Source: an uncultured Alphaproteobacteria bacterium (GTDB lineage Bacteria > Pseudomonadota > Alphaproteobacteria > HIMB59 > GCA-002718135). Taken from it: DNA of 64,000 nucleotides. The stretch covers positions 26,349-90,348 of the forward strand of contig CACMQB010000001.1 in assembly GCA_902615745.1 (NCBI GenBank). The letters are read 5' to 3'. This document shows, piece after piece, positions 1-10,041 of the stretch (position 1 is the first letter of the stretch; every line of letters starts with the position of its first letter). The notes under the pieces were generated by a model. That model did not search any database, was not told the DNA's origin, and saw only the letters and a program-made list of their open reading frames with translations. The position numbers and the translations under genes are program-made.

Positions 1-52
1 AGCAATCCTTTTAATTATAACCGCAGGCTCAGTATTATTTTACAACACTTAA
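1..52 (+). CDS. 3' end of an unidentified gene (partial). Hydrophobic C-terminal tail ...AILLIITAGSVLFYNT then stop.
   Basis: Frame 2 is open from the window edge to TAA at 50-52. The hydrophobic tail looks like the end of a membrane protein. The stop overlaps the convergent GST stop (49-51), which is the typical junction style in this window. Only 16 codons are visible. Confidence 0.3.
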   Translation, partial: AILLIITAGSVLFYNT

Positions 53-672
53 GGTTTAGGGATTTCATAAAATTCGCCTATAGAATTATATCCTTTAATA
101 ACCGCAGGTCTTGTTGATATTTGTTTATACCATCTCAATACATTTGGATAATCATGTAAATTTATTTGATGTCTTTCATAACGAGCTGTCCAAGGCCAAA
201 TTGAAATATCAGCTATTGAGTAGGTATCCGAAAAATATTCTTGTTTAGAAAGTCTTTTATCCAAAATAGAATATATATGTTGTGCATAGCCTTTAGTTTT
301 ATCTTCTGCAAATTTGCTTTTACCAGGATTATAAAATAAATATTGATGAGCCTGGCCTAGCATTGGTCCGACGTAAGCCATTTGAAAAAAAACCCATTGT
401 ATTATTTCCCAATACTTATCTTTATTTAGAAATTTATCATATTTTTTTGCCAGATAAAGAAGAATAGCCCCGGATTCGAATACTGTTTGGTTGTTATCAT
501 TATCTACAATTACAGGAATTTTATTTGTAGGAGATATTTTTGAAAACTCTTCACTAAACTGCTCTTTTTTATCTAAATTTATTAAAATAGGATTAAAATC
601 CACACCTAATTCTTCAAGCATAATGCTAATTTTTCGACCATTAGGGGTAGGTGATGAATACAAATCAATCAT
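49..672 (-). CDS. Glutathione S-transferase (YfcG/YghU-like)
   Basis: 207 aa. N-terminal thioredoxin-like GST fold (SPTPNGRKISIMLEELG, KIPVIVDND, VFESGAILLYLAKKY) followed by a helical C-terminal domain. Confidence 0.85.
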   Translation of the reverse strand: MIDLYSSPTPNGRKISIMLEELGVDFNPILINLDKKEQFSEEFSKISPTNKIPVIVDNDNNQTVFESGAILLYLAKKYDKFLNKDKYWEIIQWVFFQMAYVGPMLGQAHQYLFYNPGKSKFAEDKTKGYAQHIYSILDKRLSKQEYFSDTYSIADISIWPWTARYERHQINLHDYPNVLRWYKQISTRPAVIKGYNSIGEFYEIPKP

Positions 673-712
673 TTTTTTTAGAATTTAATTAATAGAGAAC
701 TATATTCATAAT

Positions 713-946
713 ATGCAGGAGAATATAGATAATATTATTAAATTAGCCTGGTGCGATAAAACCTCTTTTGAAAAAATAAAAAGAATTCACGATGTAACCG
801 AATCAGAGGTTATAAAAATAATGAGAACAAATCTGAAACCTAGATCATTTAAGTTATGGAGAGCTAGAGTAACAGGGAGAACGAGAAAGCATGAAAAGAA
901 AAGAAATCTATCCGAAAAATCATTTAAATATGAGAGTTATCTTTAA
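713..946 (+). CDS. Small conserved protein, TIGR03643/DUF2805-like
   Basis: 77 aa. The pattern AWCDKTSFEKI...SEVIKIMR..LKPRSFKLWRARVTGR..KH matches my recollection of the DUF2805 family. Confidence 0.65.
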   Translation: MQENIDNIIKLAWCDKTSFEKIKRIHDVTESEVIKIMRTNLKPRSFKLWRARVTGRTRKHEKKRNLSEKSFKYESYL

Positions 947-1484
947 AATATTAATTGTCAGTATAAGTTTTTTGTTTGCTAGTAAGATAGCATTAGCAGA
1001 TCAAAATGATCCACGGCTAAATAATTTGTTTAAAAAATTAAATGAGACTGAAAATCAGGATGAGATAAGAGATTTGATATCTGACATTTGGAATATTTGG
1101 TATGAAGTTGATGATCCAAAAGTAATTGAATATTTTGAGAAAGGTATTCAAGCTATGAATTTGAGAAATTATCCACTAGCAATAAGATTTTTTGATAATT
1201 TAATTGAAGAAGATCCTAATTTTGCAGAGGGTTGGAATAAGAGAGCAACAGTTCATTTTATGATGGGTAATTTTGATCAATCAATGCAAGACATCATTAA
1301 AACTCTTGAATTAGAACCAAGACATTTTGGTGCTCTAGATGGAATGGGTCTAATTTTTATTCATCAAGGCCAGTTTCAGCAGGCAATTGATGTATATGAT
1401 AAGATGTTAGAGATTTTTCCTTTTAGTGTTAAAACTATGGATAAGAAAGAAAGAATACAATCGTTTATTTCTCAATCTACGTAA
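891..1484 (+). CDS. Secreted TPR-repeat protein
   Basis: Has a signal peptide (ILIVSISFLFASKIALA/DQ) followed by TPR-like helices (AEGWNKRATVHFMMGNFDQSMQDIIKTLELEPRHFGAL, GQFQQAIDVYDKMLEIFP). An alternative ATG start at 930 is equally plausible. Either start overlaps the preceding gene. Confidence 0.7.
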   Translation: MKRKEIYPKNHLNMRVIFKILIVSISFLFASKIALADQNDPRLNNLFKKLNETENQDEIRDLISDIWNIWYEVDDPKVIEYFEKGIQAMNLRNYPLAIRFFDNLIEEDPNFAEGWNKRATVHFMMGNFDQSMQDIIKTLELEPRHFGALDGMGLIFIHQGQFQQAIDVYDKMLEIFPFSVKTMDKKERIQSFISQST

Positions 1485-2424
1485 TATCAAAAAATACTAA
1501 TAATAAAGATAGTGTAAAAAAACTAACAAAAGTACTTAATACTACATTTGAAGAAACAACAGCTTTTAGTGAATTATATCTATATGCAAAATAATATGAT
1601 TGTGATCCACTTGGCAAAGCTGCAGCCATAGTAACAATAATTACCAAGAGACTATCAAGCTCTAATATAAAATGTGCTAAACAAAATGCAATTAGAGGGT
1701 GAATAAAATTTTTTAAGATAGTTAATAGTATTGCAGCATAAATATTTTCTCTAATTTTAAAATTTCCTAATGCGAGACCTAAAGAAATAAGAACCATTGG
1801 AAGCGCAAGGTTTACAAAAATATCTAAAGGCTGCTTCATAATAGATGGAACAATAAGATTAGAGTAATTAAGAATAATTCCAATTATAATTCCAAAAAGT
1901 ACAATATTTTTAATTATACCTAATAATATTTGATAAAAAATTTCGACAATGCCTTTTTGTCTATTTCTATAAACTTCTATTATAATAACAGTATAGCTAA
2001 AATGAACAATACCATGAAAAAAAACTAATATCATATAAGGAATTGTATTTATTGGGCCCAAAACTGCATACATAAGAGGTATCCCCATTGCCACTGTGTT
2101 ACCAAAACAAGCAGCTAATCCAAAAAGTGCAGAGTCATCTGTTTTAAAATTTAAAAATTGTTTGCTAATAAAAAATCCAGTCATGGATATAAAAATTCCT
2201 GAAGCAAAAAATGAGATGATCAGACCAATAGAATTAATTTGAGGAAATGAGACTTGCCAAAAATATATAATTAAAGCTAAGGGTAAAAGAATGTTGAAAC
2301 CTGTAAAATCAAAATAATCAATATATTTTTTTGGAAGTATTTGTAATTTATTTACAAAAAATCCAAAAAGGATATATCCAAATACACTGCTAACTATATT
2401 TAATAAGTCAATCATTGAAATCAA
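1477..2424 (-). CDS. Auxin efflux carrier (AEC) family permease
   Basis: 315 aa. About 10 predicted TM helices with the two-halves architecture typical of AEC/MdcF-like transporters. The stop overlaps the convergent TPR gene by 8 nt. Confidence 0.75.
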   Translation of the reverse strand: MISMIDLLNIVSSVFGYILFGFFVNKLQILPKKYIDYFDFTGFNILLPLALIIYFWQVSFPQINSIGLIISFFASGIFISMTGFFISKQFLNFKTDDSALFGLAACFGNTVAMGIPLMYAVLGPINTIPYMILVFFHGIVHFSYTVIIIEVYRNRQKGIVEIFYQILLGIIKNIVLFGIIIGIILNYSNLIVPSIMKQPLDIFVNLALPMVLISLGLALGNFKIRENIYAAILLTILKNFIHPLIAFCLAHFILELDSLLVIIVTMAAALPSGSQSYYFAYRYNSLKAVVSSNVVLSTFVSFFTLSLLLVFFDIT

Positions 2425-3286
2425 ATAAATTATTTAAAAATTGAATGACGCTTTCTTCAATTATATTATTTTCATTTGAGTTTGAATTTTGAAAAAATTT
2501 TGAATTTTCATCAAAACTTATATTAGGATTATTTAAGTTTCCTTTTATCAAAGTAGTTAAATATATTTCATTATTTTGAGATAAGTTTAAAATAATATCT
2601 ATAAAATTATTACTGTAATTGTATTCTCCTTTTATAAGAATTATGTTGTTTTTATTACTAATTTCTATTTTGCTAGTTTCCAAAATATTTTTATTTTTAT
2701 TTATTGAGCCTTTAAAATTAGAACTTTCATTACCAAAAGCATTTATTAATTCAGAAAATGCAAATTTTTGATTTTTTTGATTTTCTAATTTTTCAAAGAA
2801 TAATTTTAAAAATGTAATAAGAAATTTTTCTTCATTAGTTGTTTCTAAAGTTATTTTTCCATTAATTTTATAAATTGAGTCAAATAAATATTCTAAATTA
2901 CCACTATATTTAAGATAATTTTCAATATAATTTACTTTTCCATTAATATTTACTTCACTAAAATTAATATTATTAATATTCAAATTATCAATTAGAATAT
3001 TTAAATTTCCTAAAACTTGAAATATGGGCTGAGAAATATCAATTCTAATATTATCAAAGTATAAATTATTTTTGTAATCTTTAATTTCTAAGTTTGTGCT
3101 AAGCTTTACAATTGGAAAAATATTGATTTTAGTTTTATTTTTTTCATTAATTTTAATTTCAAATTTCTTTTCGATATCATTAATTATTTTTTCTTTTTCA
3201 AAATTATTTAGAAAAATATAAATAAAGATAGATAAAATTATTAATATAATTACTACTATAGAAAAAAATAATCTAATTTTTTTCAT
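2408..3286 (-). CDS. Membrane-anchored Asn/Ile/Lys-rich protein of unknown function (weakly AsmA-N-terminal-like)
   Basis: 292 aa. Single N-terminal TM helix ([20 protein letters not shown]), then a low-complexity stretch that looks beta-rich (NLNILIDNLNINNINFSEVNINGKVNY). It has no rival ORF and is in an operon-like overlap with the AEC gene. Confidence 0.5.
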   Translation of the reverse strand: MKKIRLFFSIVVIILIILSIFIYIFLNNFEKEKIINDIEKKFEIKINEKNKTKINIFPIVKLSTNLEIKDYKNNLYFDNIRIDISQPIFQVLGNLNILIDNLNINNINFSEVNINGKVNYIENYLKYSGNLEYLFDSIYKINGKITLETTNEEKFLITFLKLFFEKLENQKNQKFAFSELINAFGNESSNFKGSINKNKNILETSKIEISNKNNIILIKGEYNYSNNFIDIILNLSQNNEIYLTTLIKGNLNNPNISFDENSKFFQNSNSNENNIIEESVIQFLNNLFDFND

Positions 3287-3304
3287 ATATTAGATCGTAA
3301 AAAA

Positions 3305-5752
3305 CTAAATTTTTGTAAAATTATTTTCAGGATCATGCAATGGATTAAATTGAACAGACATAACATATTTTTTTTTAGCAACTTCAACTTCAAAATTGCT
3401 GCCATTTAATTTTTTTAAATCTATTTCTGAATCTATATATCCAAAAACCATATTTTTTTTATAATAAAATGAATAATTGCTAGAAGTTGTTTCCCCTACA
3501 ATCTTATTTTTATAATAAATTGGCTCATCATGTAATAAGAGTGGATTTCCTGGAGTAGATTCTTCTAAAACAAAATTTGTTAGTTGTTTCTTCTTAATTC
3601 TATTTTTTGTTTTTAAAGCTTCTTTACCTATAAAATCTGCTTTTTTATTTAATTTAACAGTAAATTCTAATCCAGCTTCAAATGGGTTTTCAGCTGGTGA
3701 AATATCATGACCCCAATGTAAATATCCTTTTTCCATTCTCATAATATCAAGTGCATGAGCTCCAGCATGCGAAAGGTTATAGTTTTCCCCAACTTTAACT
3801 AACTTTAAATAAATTTCTCTAGATATATTTATAGGAACATAAATTTCCCAACCAAGTTCACCAACAAAAGATAATCTTTGGAAGATTAATTTATTATTTT
3901 TCAATGATATCTCTTTAGCAGTTCCAAATTTAAACTTGTCGTTTGAAAAATGTTCTCCAAATATTTCTGTTAGAATTTCTCTACTTTTGGGACCAAAAAC
4001 ACCAAAACAAACTAAACTTTCAGTGATATCAATTAAAGTTGTGTTTTCACTTAGATTTTCTGAAATATGTTTTTTATCATGTTCTCGCACAGATGAACCT
4101 GTAACAATACGAAAAGAATCTTTATCAATACAAGTAACTGTTAAATCAGCAACAATGCCACCATTTGAATTAAGCATTTGCGTATAAGTTGTATGACCGG
4201 GATTATTTTTAATATTATTACAGCATAATCGTTGGAGATCGCTGAAGGCAGAGACTCCCTTAATTTCAAATTTAGCAAAGGCACTTAAGTCAAATAAACC
4301 AACATTCTTTCTTGTATTTATTGTTTCATACTTTGCTGCATCATACCAATTTTGATAGCCATAACTATACTCATATTCTGGTTTCTTGCCATTTAGAGCA
4401 TACCACATTGGTTTTTCGAAACCGGCCACTTGACCAAAACATGCTCCATTTATTTTCAAATCATCATGAAAAGGAAGAAGTTTAATATTTCTCGAGGATT
4501 TATGTTGTTTATAAGGCCAGTGCATTGCATATAAATCTCCTAATGATTCAGTAACTCTTTCAGTTATAAATTTTGTCTCGGAGTGAAATTTTTCAAATCT
4601 TGAAATATCTAAGGAGTAAAGATCGTCATTAACCTCACCGTTCATCATCCATTCTGCAGTTACTTTACCTGCACCACCAGCACTCTGAATACCAATACTA
4701 TTAAATCCACAACAAACATAAAAGTTTTTTACTTCTGGTGTTTCTCCTAAAAGATAATTTGTATCTGGAGTAAAAGCTTCAGGACCGTTAAAGAATTTTC
4801 TTATACCTACATTTTCAAGGGCAGGTATTCTTTTCATAGCATTTTTTAAATGTGGTTCAAAATGATCAAAATCTTCAGGTAGTTCTCCAAAAGAAAAATC
4901 ATTGGGCACTTTATATGTATCAGTAAATGCAGGTTTAGCTTTAGGCTCAAAAATTCCTACTAAAATTTTTCCAGCATCCTCTTTTAGATATAAGCAATTA
5001 TTGTAATCTCTAAGAACTGGAAGTGATTTAGAAATTTCTTTTAATGGCTCACTTAATATATAGAAGTGTTCATTTGGATATAACGGTATACTAACGTTAA
5101 TATCATTTGCTATCTGCCTTGACCACATTCCAGATGCTAGAACAATATACTCACATTGAATTTTTCCATGTTTTGTATCTACACCTTCTATTGATCCATT
5201 TTTAGTAAGGATTTTATTTACAGAACAATGTTCAAATATTTGAGCGCCATGCATTTTTGCCGATTTAGCAAGAACATTTGTTATACCAACAGGATCTGCT
5301 TGACCATCTTTTGGAATAAATATTCCACCAACAACATCATCAGTATTTATAAGAGAATAAATATCCTTAATCTGATTTTTTTCTAATTCATTAACTTCTA
5401 TATTAAATCTTTGAGCAAAAGTAGCTTGCCTTTTTAATTCTTCTAATCGATCATTAGTTGTAGCAATTGTTAAAGAGCCGTTTTGCTTTAAACCTGTTGC
5501 TAATCCTGTTTCTTTTTCCAGGTCTTTATATAAATTTAACGAATAATTTCTAAGTTTTGTAATAGTTGCTGATGCACCAATCTGACCAATTAGTCCTGCT
5601 GCATGCCAAGTAGTTCCAGAAGTTAATTGATCTCTTTCTAGCAAGATCACATCCTTCCATCCAAATTTTGCTAAATGATAAGCTACAGAACATCCAGCTA
5701 TACCACCACCTATTACAACTACTTTAGCAGAAGTGGGAATTTTATTACTCAT
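3305..5752 (-). CDS. Dimethylglycine/sarcosine dehydrogenase family. FAD oxidoreductase fused to a GcvT-like folate-binding aminomethyltransferase domain.
   Basis: 815 aa. N-terminal dinucleotide fold VVVIGGGIAGCSVAYHLAK, a DAO domain, and a C-terminal GcvT-like region (FDLSAFAKFEIKG..., RMEKGYLHWGHD). Confidence 0.85.
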   Translation of the reverse strand: MSNKIPTSAKVVVIGGGIAGCSVAYHLAKFGWKDVILLERDQLTSGTTWHAAGLIGQIGASATITKLRNYSLNLYKDLEKETGLATGLKQNGSLTIATTNDRLEELKRQATFAQRFNIEVNELEKNQIKDIYSLINTDDVVGGIFIPKDGQADPVGITNVLAKSAKMHGAQIFEHCSVNKILTKNGSIEGVDTKHGKIQCEYIVLASGMWSRQIANDINVSIPLYPNEHFYILSEPLKEISKSLPVLRDYNNCLYLKEDAGKILVGIFEPKAKPAFTDTYKVPNDFSFGELPEDFDHFEPHLKNAMKRIPALENVGIRKFFNGPEAFTPDTNYLLGETPEVKNFYVCCGFNSIGIQSAGGAGKVTAEWMMNGEVNDDLYSLDISRFEKFHSETKFITERVTESLGDLYAMHWPYKQHKSSRNIKLLPFHDDLKINGACFGQVAGFEKPMWYALNGKKPEYEYSYGYQNWYDAAKYETINTRKNVGLFDLSAFAKFEIKGVSAFSDLQRLCCNNIKNNPGHTTYTQMLNSNGGIVADLTVTCIDKDSFRIVTGSSVREHDKKHISENLSENTTLIDITESLVCFGVFGPKSREILTEIFGEHFSNDKFKFGTAKEISLKNNKLIFQRLSFVGELGWEIYVPINISREIYLKLVKVGENYNLSHAGAHALDIMRMEKGYLHWGHDISPAENPFEAGLEFTVKLNKKADFIGKEALKTKNRIKKKQLTNFVLEESTPGNPLLLHDEPIYYKNKIVGETTSSNYSFYYKKNMVFGYIDSEIDLKKLNGSNFEVEVAKKKYVMSVQFNPLHDPENNFTKI

Positions 5753-5760
5753 TTGTAATA

Positions 5761-6768
5761 TTATAGATAAAGATTTTCAGTATGGGTTTCAAAATAAAAA
5801 TCTAGATCTTCTATATTTATTTCATCTATTTTTGATGGTTCCCAAATAGGATTATGATCTTTTGAAATTAGCACAGAATTTACACCGTTATTAAAGTCAC
5901 TACGGTATACTATTTTTTGACTTAATTGAAATTCAGTTTCTAAACATTCTTTTAACGATTTACCTTTTGCATCATCTATAAGTTTAGTGGTTATCGCAAG
6001 ACTCATTGGACATTTAACTAACAGAATATCTAAAATTTTTTTTGAAAACTCTGAGTTATGACTTTTTAAATTTGATATGATTGTTTTGATATTTCCATTG
6101 AATAATTCGTTTATTAATTTCATATTTTTAATTAGATACGTATCATTTTCTACTTCAAAATTATCGTGTAAAATTTCTCCTCTTATAATAAATTTTTCTT
6201 TAACATCTTCTATTTTATTACTTTTAAAGTAGTGTGTTGCTAATCCAAAAAAAATTAATTCATTTAAGCCTAAAACCTCACCTGTTAAACCAATATACTT
6301 ACCAATATTACCTGGAAGATTTGATAAAAAATAACTTCCTCCAACATCTGGAAAAAAACCAATGGCAGATTCTGGCATTGCAAATTTTGAATTGTCTGTT
6401 GCCAATCTATGATCACCATAGATAGATAAACCAACGCCACCTCCCATTACCACACCATTCCAAACTGAGAGAAATTCTTTACTAAATTGGCTTATTAAAT
6501 AATTAAGTTTATACTCAACTTTAAAAAAATCATGTTTTAAAGAGTTTTCTTTTCCAGCAAGAACAAGAGATTTTACATCCCCTCCTGCACAAAAATGCTT
6601 ACCTTCTCCAACTAACAATACTCTTAAGATATTATCTTTTTCTTTCCATTCTAATAATTTGTCATGGAATTTTTTTGCCATTTCTAAATTGAGAGCATTT
6701 AAAGCTTTAGGACGATTTAGTTTAATGATACCAGTTTGGTTAGTTTCTAAAAATACAATATCCATCAA
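5761..6768 (-). CDS. Enoyl-CoA hydratase/isomerase family, 3-hydroxyisobutyryl-CoA hydrolase-like
   Basis: 335 aa. Crotonase fold motifs (LNRPKALNAL, FCAGGDVK, GVVMGGGVGLS, MPESAIGFFPDVGGSYFL) with the extended C-terminus typical of HIBCH-type enzymes. Confidence 0.8.
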   Translation of the reverse strand: MMDIVFLETNQTGIIKLNRPKALNALNLEMAKKFHDKLLEWKEKDNILRVLLVGEGKHFCAGGDVKSLVLAGKENSLKHDFFKVEYKLNYLISQFSKEFLSVWNGVVMGGGVGLSIYGDHRLATDNSKFAMPESAIGFFPDVGGSYFLSNLPGNIGKYIGLTGEVLGLNELIFFGLATHYFKSNKIEDVKEKFIIRGEILHDNFEVENDTYLIKNMKLINELFNGNIKTIISNLKSHNSEFSKKILDILLVKCPMSLAITTKLIDDAKGKSLKECLETEFQLSQKIVYRSDFNNGVNSVLISKDHNPIWEPSKIDEINIEDLDFYFETHTENLYL

Positions 6769-8819
6769 TTCTTTTTAAACTGCAAAACTTTATTAGAAAG
6801 ACCCACTTCTTTTGCCTTTAATCTATTGATTTCATCTCGTAATCTTGCTGCATCTTCAAATTCAAGTTTTGAAGCAAATTCATTCATTTTTTTCTCTAAA
6901 TTTTTAATATGTTTATTCAAGTCCTTACCAACTAATTCTTTAGCATTATCAATTTCAACTGTAACATGATCTTGTTCAGCTGTATTTTCAATTATTTCTT
7001 GAATATTCTTTTTAATACTGATTGGCGTAATTTTATTTATTTTATTATATTCTAGTTGTTTTGTTCGCCTTCTATCTGTCTCTTCGATTGCTTCTTTCAT
7101 ACTAGTGGTTATGTTATCAGCATACATTAAGACTTTACTCTCAACATTTCTTGCAGCTCTACCAATAGTCTGAATTAAACTAGTTCTAGAACGAAGGTAA
7201 CCTTCCTTATCAGCATCTAATATAGCCATTAAAGCGCATTCAGGAATATCTAAACCTTCTCTAAGAAGATTTATTCCTACTAAAACATTAAAAACCCCAA
7301 GTCTTAGATCTCTAATAATTTCTATTCTTTCTAATGTATCGATATCAGAGTGAAGATACCTTACCTTTAGTCCTTCTTCATTAATATATTCAGTAAGATC
7401 TTCGGCCATTTTTTTTGTAAGTGTTGTGATTAGAACACGATGACCTTTATCTATAGTCTTTTTACATTCATCAATTAAGTTATCAATTTGATGTTTAGTT
7501 GGTCTAATCTCAATAGGTGGATCAATTAAACCTGTTGGCCTAATAACTTGTTCAACAAAGGTACCACCTGTCTTTTCAAGTTCATAATCTCCTGGTGTTG
7601 CGCTTACAAATATAGTTTGTGGACGCATTGCGTCCCATTCCTCTCTTTTTAAAGGTCTGTTATCAACACAACTTGGTAGTCTAAAACCATATTGAGCTAA
7701 AGTTGATTTTCTAGAAAAATCACCTTTGTACATTCCTGCTATTTGACCACATGTCTGATGGCTTTCATCTATAAACAATAGAGAGTCTTCTGGAATATAT
7801 TCATAAAGTGTAGGAGGAGGCTCCCCCGGCTTTCTTCCTGACAAATATCTAGAATAATTTTCAATCCCACTACAACTTCCAGTAGTTTCCATCATTTCTA
7901 AGTCAAATGTAGTTCTCTCATCTAACCTTTGTCTTTCTAAGTATTTTTTTTCTTTTTCAAAAATTTCTAATTGTTTTTTAAGATCATTTTTAATCATGGT
8001 AATTGCTTTTTTTATAGTTGGCTTAGGCGTTACATAATGAGAGTTTGCAAAGATTCTTATTTGTTCAAGTTCCCCAAGCTTCTCTCCAGTAAGTGGGTCC
8101 ACTTGCGTAATACTCTCTATATCATCTCCGAACATAGAAATTTTCCAAGAAATATCTTCATAGTGAGAAGGGAAAATTTCTAAAATATCTCCCTTAGCTC
8201 TAAAGCTACCTCTTCTAAAGTCCATATCACGACGTTTGTATAAAAGTTCTACCAACTTTCTGATAATTATCTCTCTACTTATCGATTGATTTTTATCTAA
8301 AGTAAAAGACATTGAAGAATAAGCATCAACTGATCCAATACCATAAATACAAGAAACTGATGCTACTATGATTGTATCTCTTCTTTCCACTAAAGATCTA
8401 GTAGCTGAATGTCTTAGACGATCAATTTGTTCGTTTATTGAAGATTCTTTTTCAATATATGTATCAGTCCTTGGTACATATGCTTCTGGAGTGTAATAAT
8501 CATAATAACTGACAAAATATTCAACAGCATTATTTGGAAACAAATTTTTCATTTCGCCATAAAGTTGTGCCGCTAATGTTTTGTTTGGAGCCATTATTAA
8601 AGTAGGTTTCTGTACTTTTTCAATTACCTTAGCCATTGTAAATGTCTTACCTGATCCAGTTACACCTAATAGAACTTGTTCTTGTTCTCCTTCATTTAGA
8701 CTTTTAACAATACTTTTAATTGCTTCAGGCTGATCACCACTTGGATTAAAATCACTGACAATTTTAAAAGGCGTTGCAATTTCAGAAGAGAGATGTTGTT
8801 TTTTTTCAGCTTTATTCAT
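6765..8819 (-). CDS. uvrB: Excinuclease ABC subunit B
   Basis: 684 aa. Walker A GVTGSGKT, helicase motifs, and the C-terminal UVR domain (FEDAARLRDEINRLK). Clearly UvrB. Confidence 0.97.
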   Translation of the reverse strand: MNKAEKKQHLSSEIATPFKIVSDFNPSGDQPEAIKSIVKSLNEGEQEQVLLGVTGSGKTFTMAKVIEKVQKPTLIMAPNKTLAAQLYGEMKNLFPNNAVEYFVSYYDYYTPEAYVPRTDTYIEKESSINEQIDRLRHSATRSLVERRDTIIVASVSCIYGIGSVDAYSSMSFTLDKNQSISREIIIRKLVELLYKRRDMDFRRGSFRAKGDILEIFPSHYEDISWKISMFGDDIESITQVDPLTGEKLGELEQIRIFANSHYVTPKPTIKKAITMIKNDLKKQLEIFEKEKKYLERQRLDERTTFDLEMMETTGSCSGIENYSRYLSGRKPGEPPPTLYEYIPEDSLLFIDESHQTCGQIAGMYKGDFSRKSTLAQYGFRLPSCVDNRPLKREEWDAMRPQTIFVSATPGDYELEKTGGTFVEQVIRPTGLIDPPIEIRPTKHQIDNLIDECKKTIDKGHRVLITTLTKKMAEDLTEYINEEGLKVRYLHSDIDTLERIEIIRDLRLGVFNVLVGINLLREGLDIPECALMAILDADKEGYLRSRTSLIQTIGRAARNVESKVLMYADNITTSMKEAIEETDRRRTKQLEYNKINKITPISIKKNIQEIIENTAEQDHVTVEIDNAKELVGKDLNKHIKNLEKKMNEFASKLEFEDAARLRDEINRLKAKEVGLSNKVLQFKKN

Positions 8820-10041
8820 TAATTCTAATATAATTATTTAAATAATTGTACTTTTCTAAAAAACTACCATTTGTTGTTATTGTTCCATTTAATATTCTTC
8901 CATCATCTTCTTTTAATAAAAAAGGAAGAACCTCGTTAATTATACCTCCACTAAATTCTGTACTTGAGTCCCGTGGTAATTCAGATGGTAAATTATCAAC
9001 TGCCATAACAGCAATTCCATTATTATTTTCATCTATCTCTTTTAAATTATTTCTTTCAATCCAATAATTTGGTTCCTCAATTGTTGTTGATCGTATTGTA
9101 GTAGGGACAGAGCCATTAATATCACAAGTAATATCGCCAACAATTTTTAGATTTTTTAAATCTTTTAAGTCTTCATTCTCAAATATTTTAGGAGAAGATG
9201 GGTCCCAATAATGCGCACTTATAAGTATATTAGTTTCTTTTAAATATTGTAACGCAGAACTCGAATAATCTTGAGGATTATTAATAAAATGCTCAAGGTT
9301 AAAATTAGTGGAAGAATTATTTGTAACATAATCTTTAGTTTCCAAATTACAAAAAATAGGTTGATCAAATTTTTTTTCCAAAAAGTCTTTTTTTGATACT
9401 GCTTTAATGTTTGTTTGATTCAAAAGTTCAATTACTCCTTTTGAAACTCTACCATCACCAGTAACTAGAATTTTAGTTTTAGGAAAATATAAATTTTTTA
9501 AATTTAATACTAATCTTTCATAATCATTGATTTTATAGGCACTAGCAAGAGATTGCTTTCCGAGCAATCTAAGTAATAAATTTAATGTATTATAACATCC
9601 AACAATACCTGCAAATCTTCCAAAACCTAAGCACCTTGTACCATTTTTACCTCTGATATTTTCATAATCAATCAATGTAATTTTTTTACTTAAAATTGAT
9701 AAAAGTAGATCTTTCTTATGTTTTTCAATATTTTTTTGTTTTTTATTTATTTTAAAAGTGTGAGAAAAAAAAAGATATGTTCTATTATTAATTAAAATAT
9801 TTGGATCAATTTCTTTAACACCAAATATGATTGAGCATTCATTTAAGTTTTCATTAATTTTAGCACCAGATAATTTATATTCTTCATCAGAAAAGCATCT
9901 ATTATTTGATGGCTGAATAATAAAATTAATATTCGAATTACTTTCTTTATATTTTTTAATATGCTCTGGGACTAGAGGAGTTCTATTTTCATCATTTCTA
10001 GACTCTCTAACAATACCAATATTGATTAATTGATTATCCAT
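8812..10041 (-). CDS. Lysine-ketoglutarate reductase-like saccharopine dehydrogenase (alanine dehydrogenase/PNT-fold, LKR-domain homolog)
   Basis: 409 aa. By eye it is collinear with the LKR half of eukaryotic AASS: IGIVRESRN.ENRTPL.P.HIK, IQPSN.R.F.D.EY, FFSHT.K, LIDYE, YWD...P, DI(T/S)CD..GS, DNLP.ELP. Confidence 0.8.
   Translation of the reverse strand: MDNQLINIGIVRESRNDENRTPLVPEHIKKYKESNSNINFIIQPSNNRCFSDEEYKLSGAKINENLNECSIIFGVKEIDPNILINNRTYLFFSHTFKINKKQKNIEKHKKDLLLSILSKKITLIDYENIRGKNGTRCLGFGRFAGIVGCYNTLNLLLRLLGKQSLASAYKINDYERLVLNLKNLYFPKTKILVTGDGRVSKGVIELLNQTNIKAVSKKDFLEKKFDQPIFCNLETKDYVTNNSSTNFNLEHFINNPQDYSSSALQYLKETNILISAHYWDPSSPKIFENEDLKDLKNLKIVGDITCDINGSVPTTIRSTTIEEPNYWIERNNLKEIDENNNGIAVMAVDNLPSELPRDSSTEFSGGIINEVLPFLLKEDDGRILNGTITTNGSFLEKYNYLNNYIRINE

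Noticed and set aside
17-108. The 11-mer ATAACCGCAGG occurs twice within about 90 nt (17-27 and 98-108). I considered a duplicated GST 3' end or a repeat element.
   Set aside because: The second copy encodes RPAVI in the GST (minus strand). The first lies in a plus-strand reading frame (ITAG) that ends at 52. Similarity does not extend beyond the 11-mer, and the minus-strand frame has no start codon. It is most likely coincidence.
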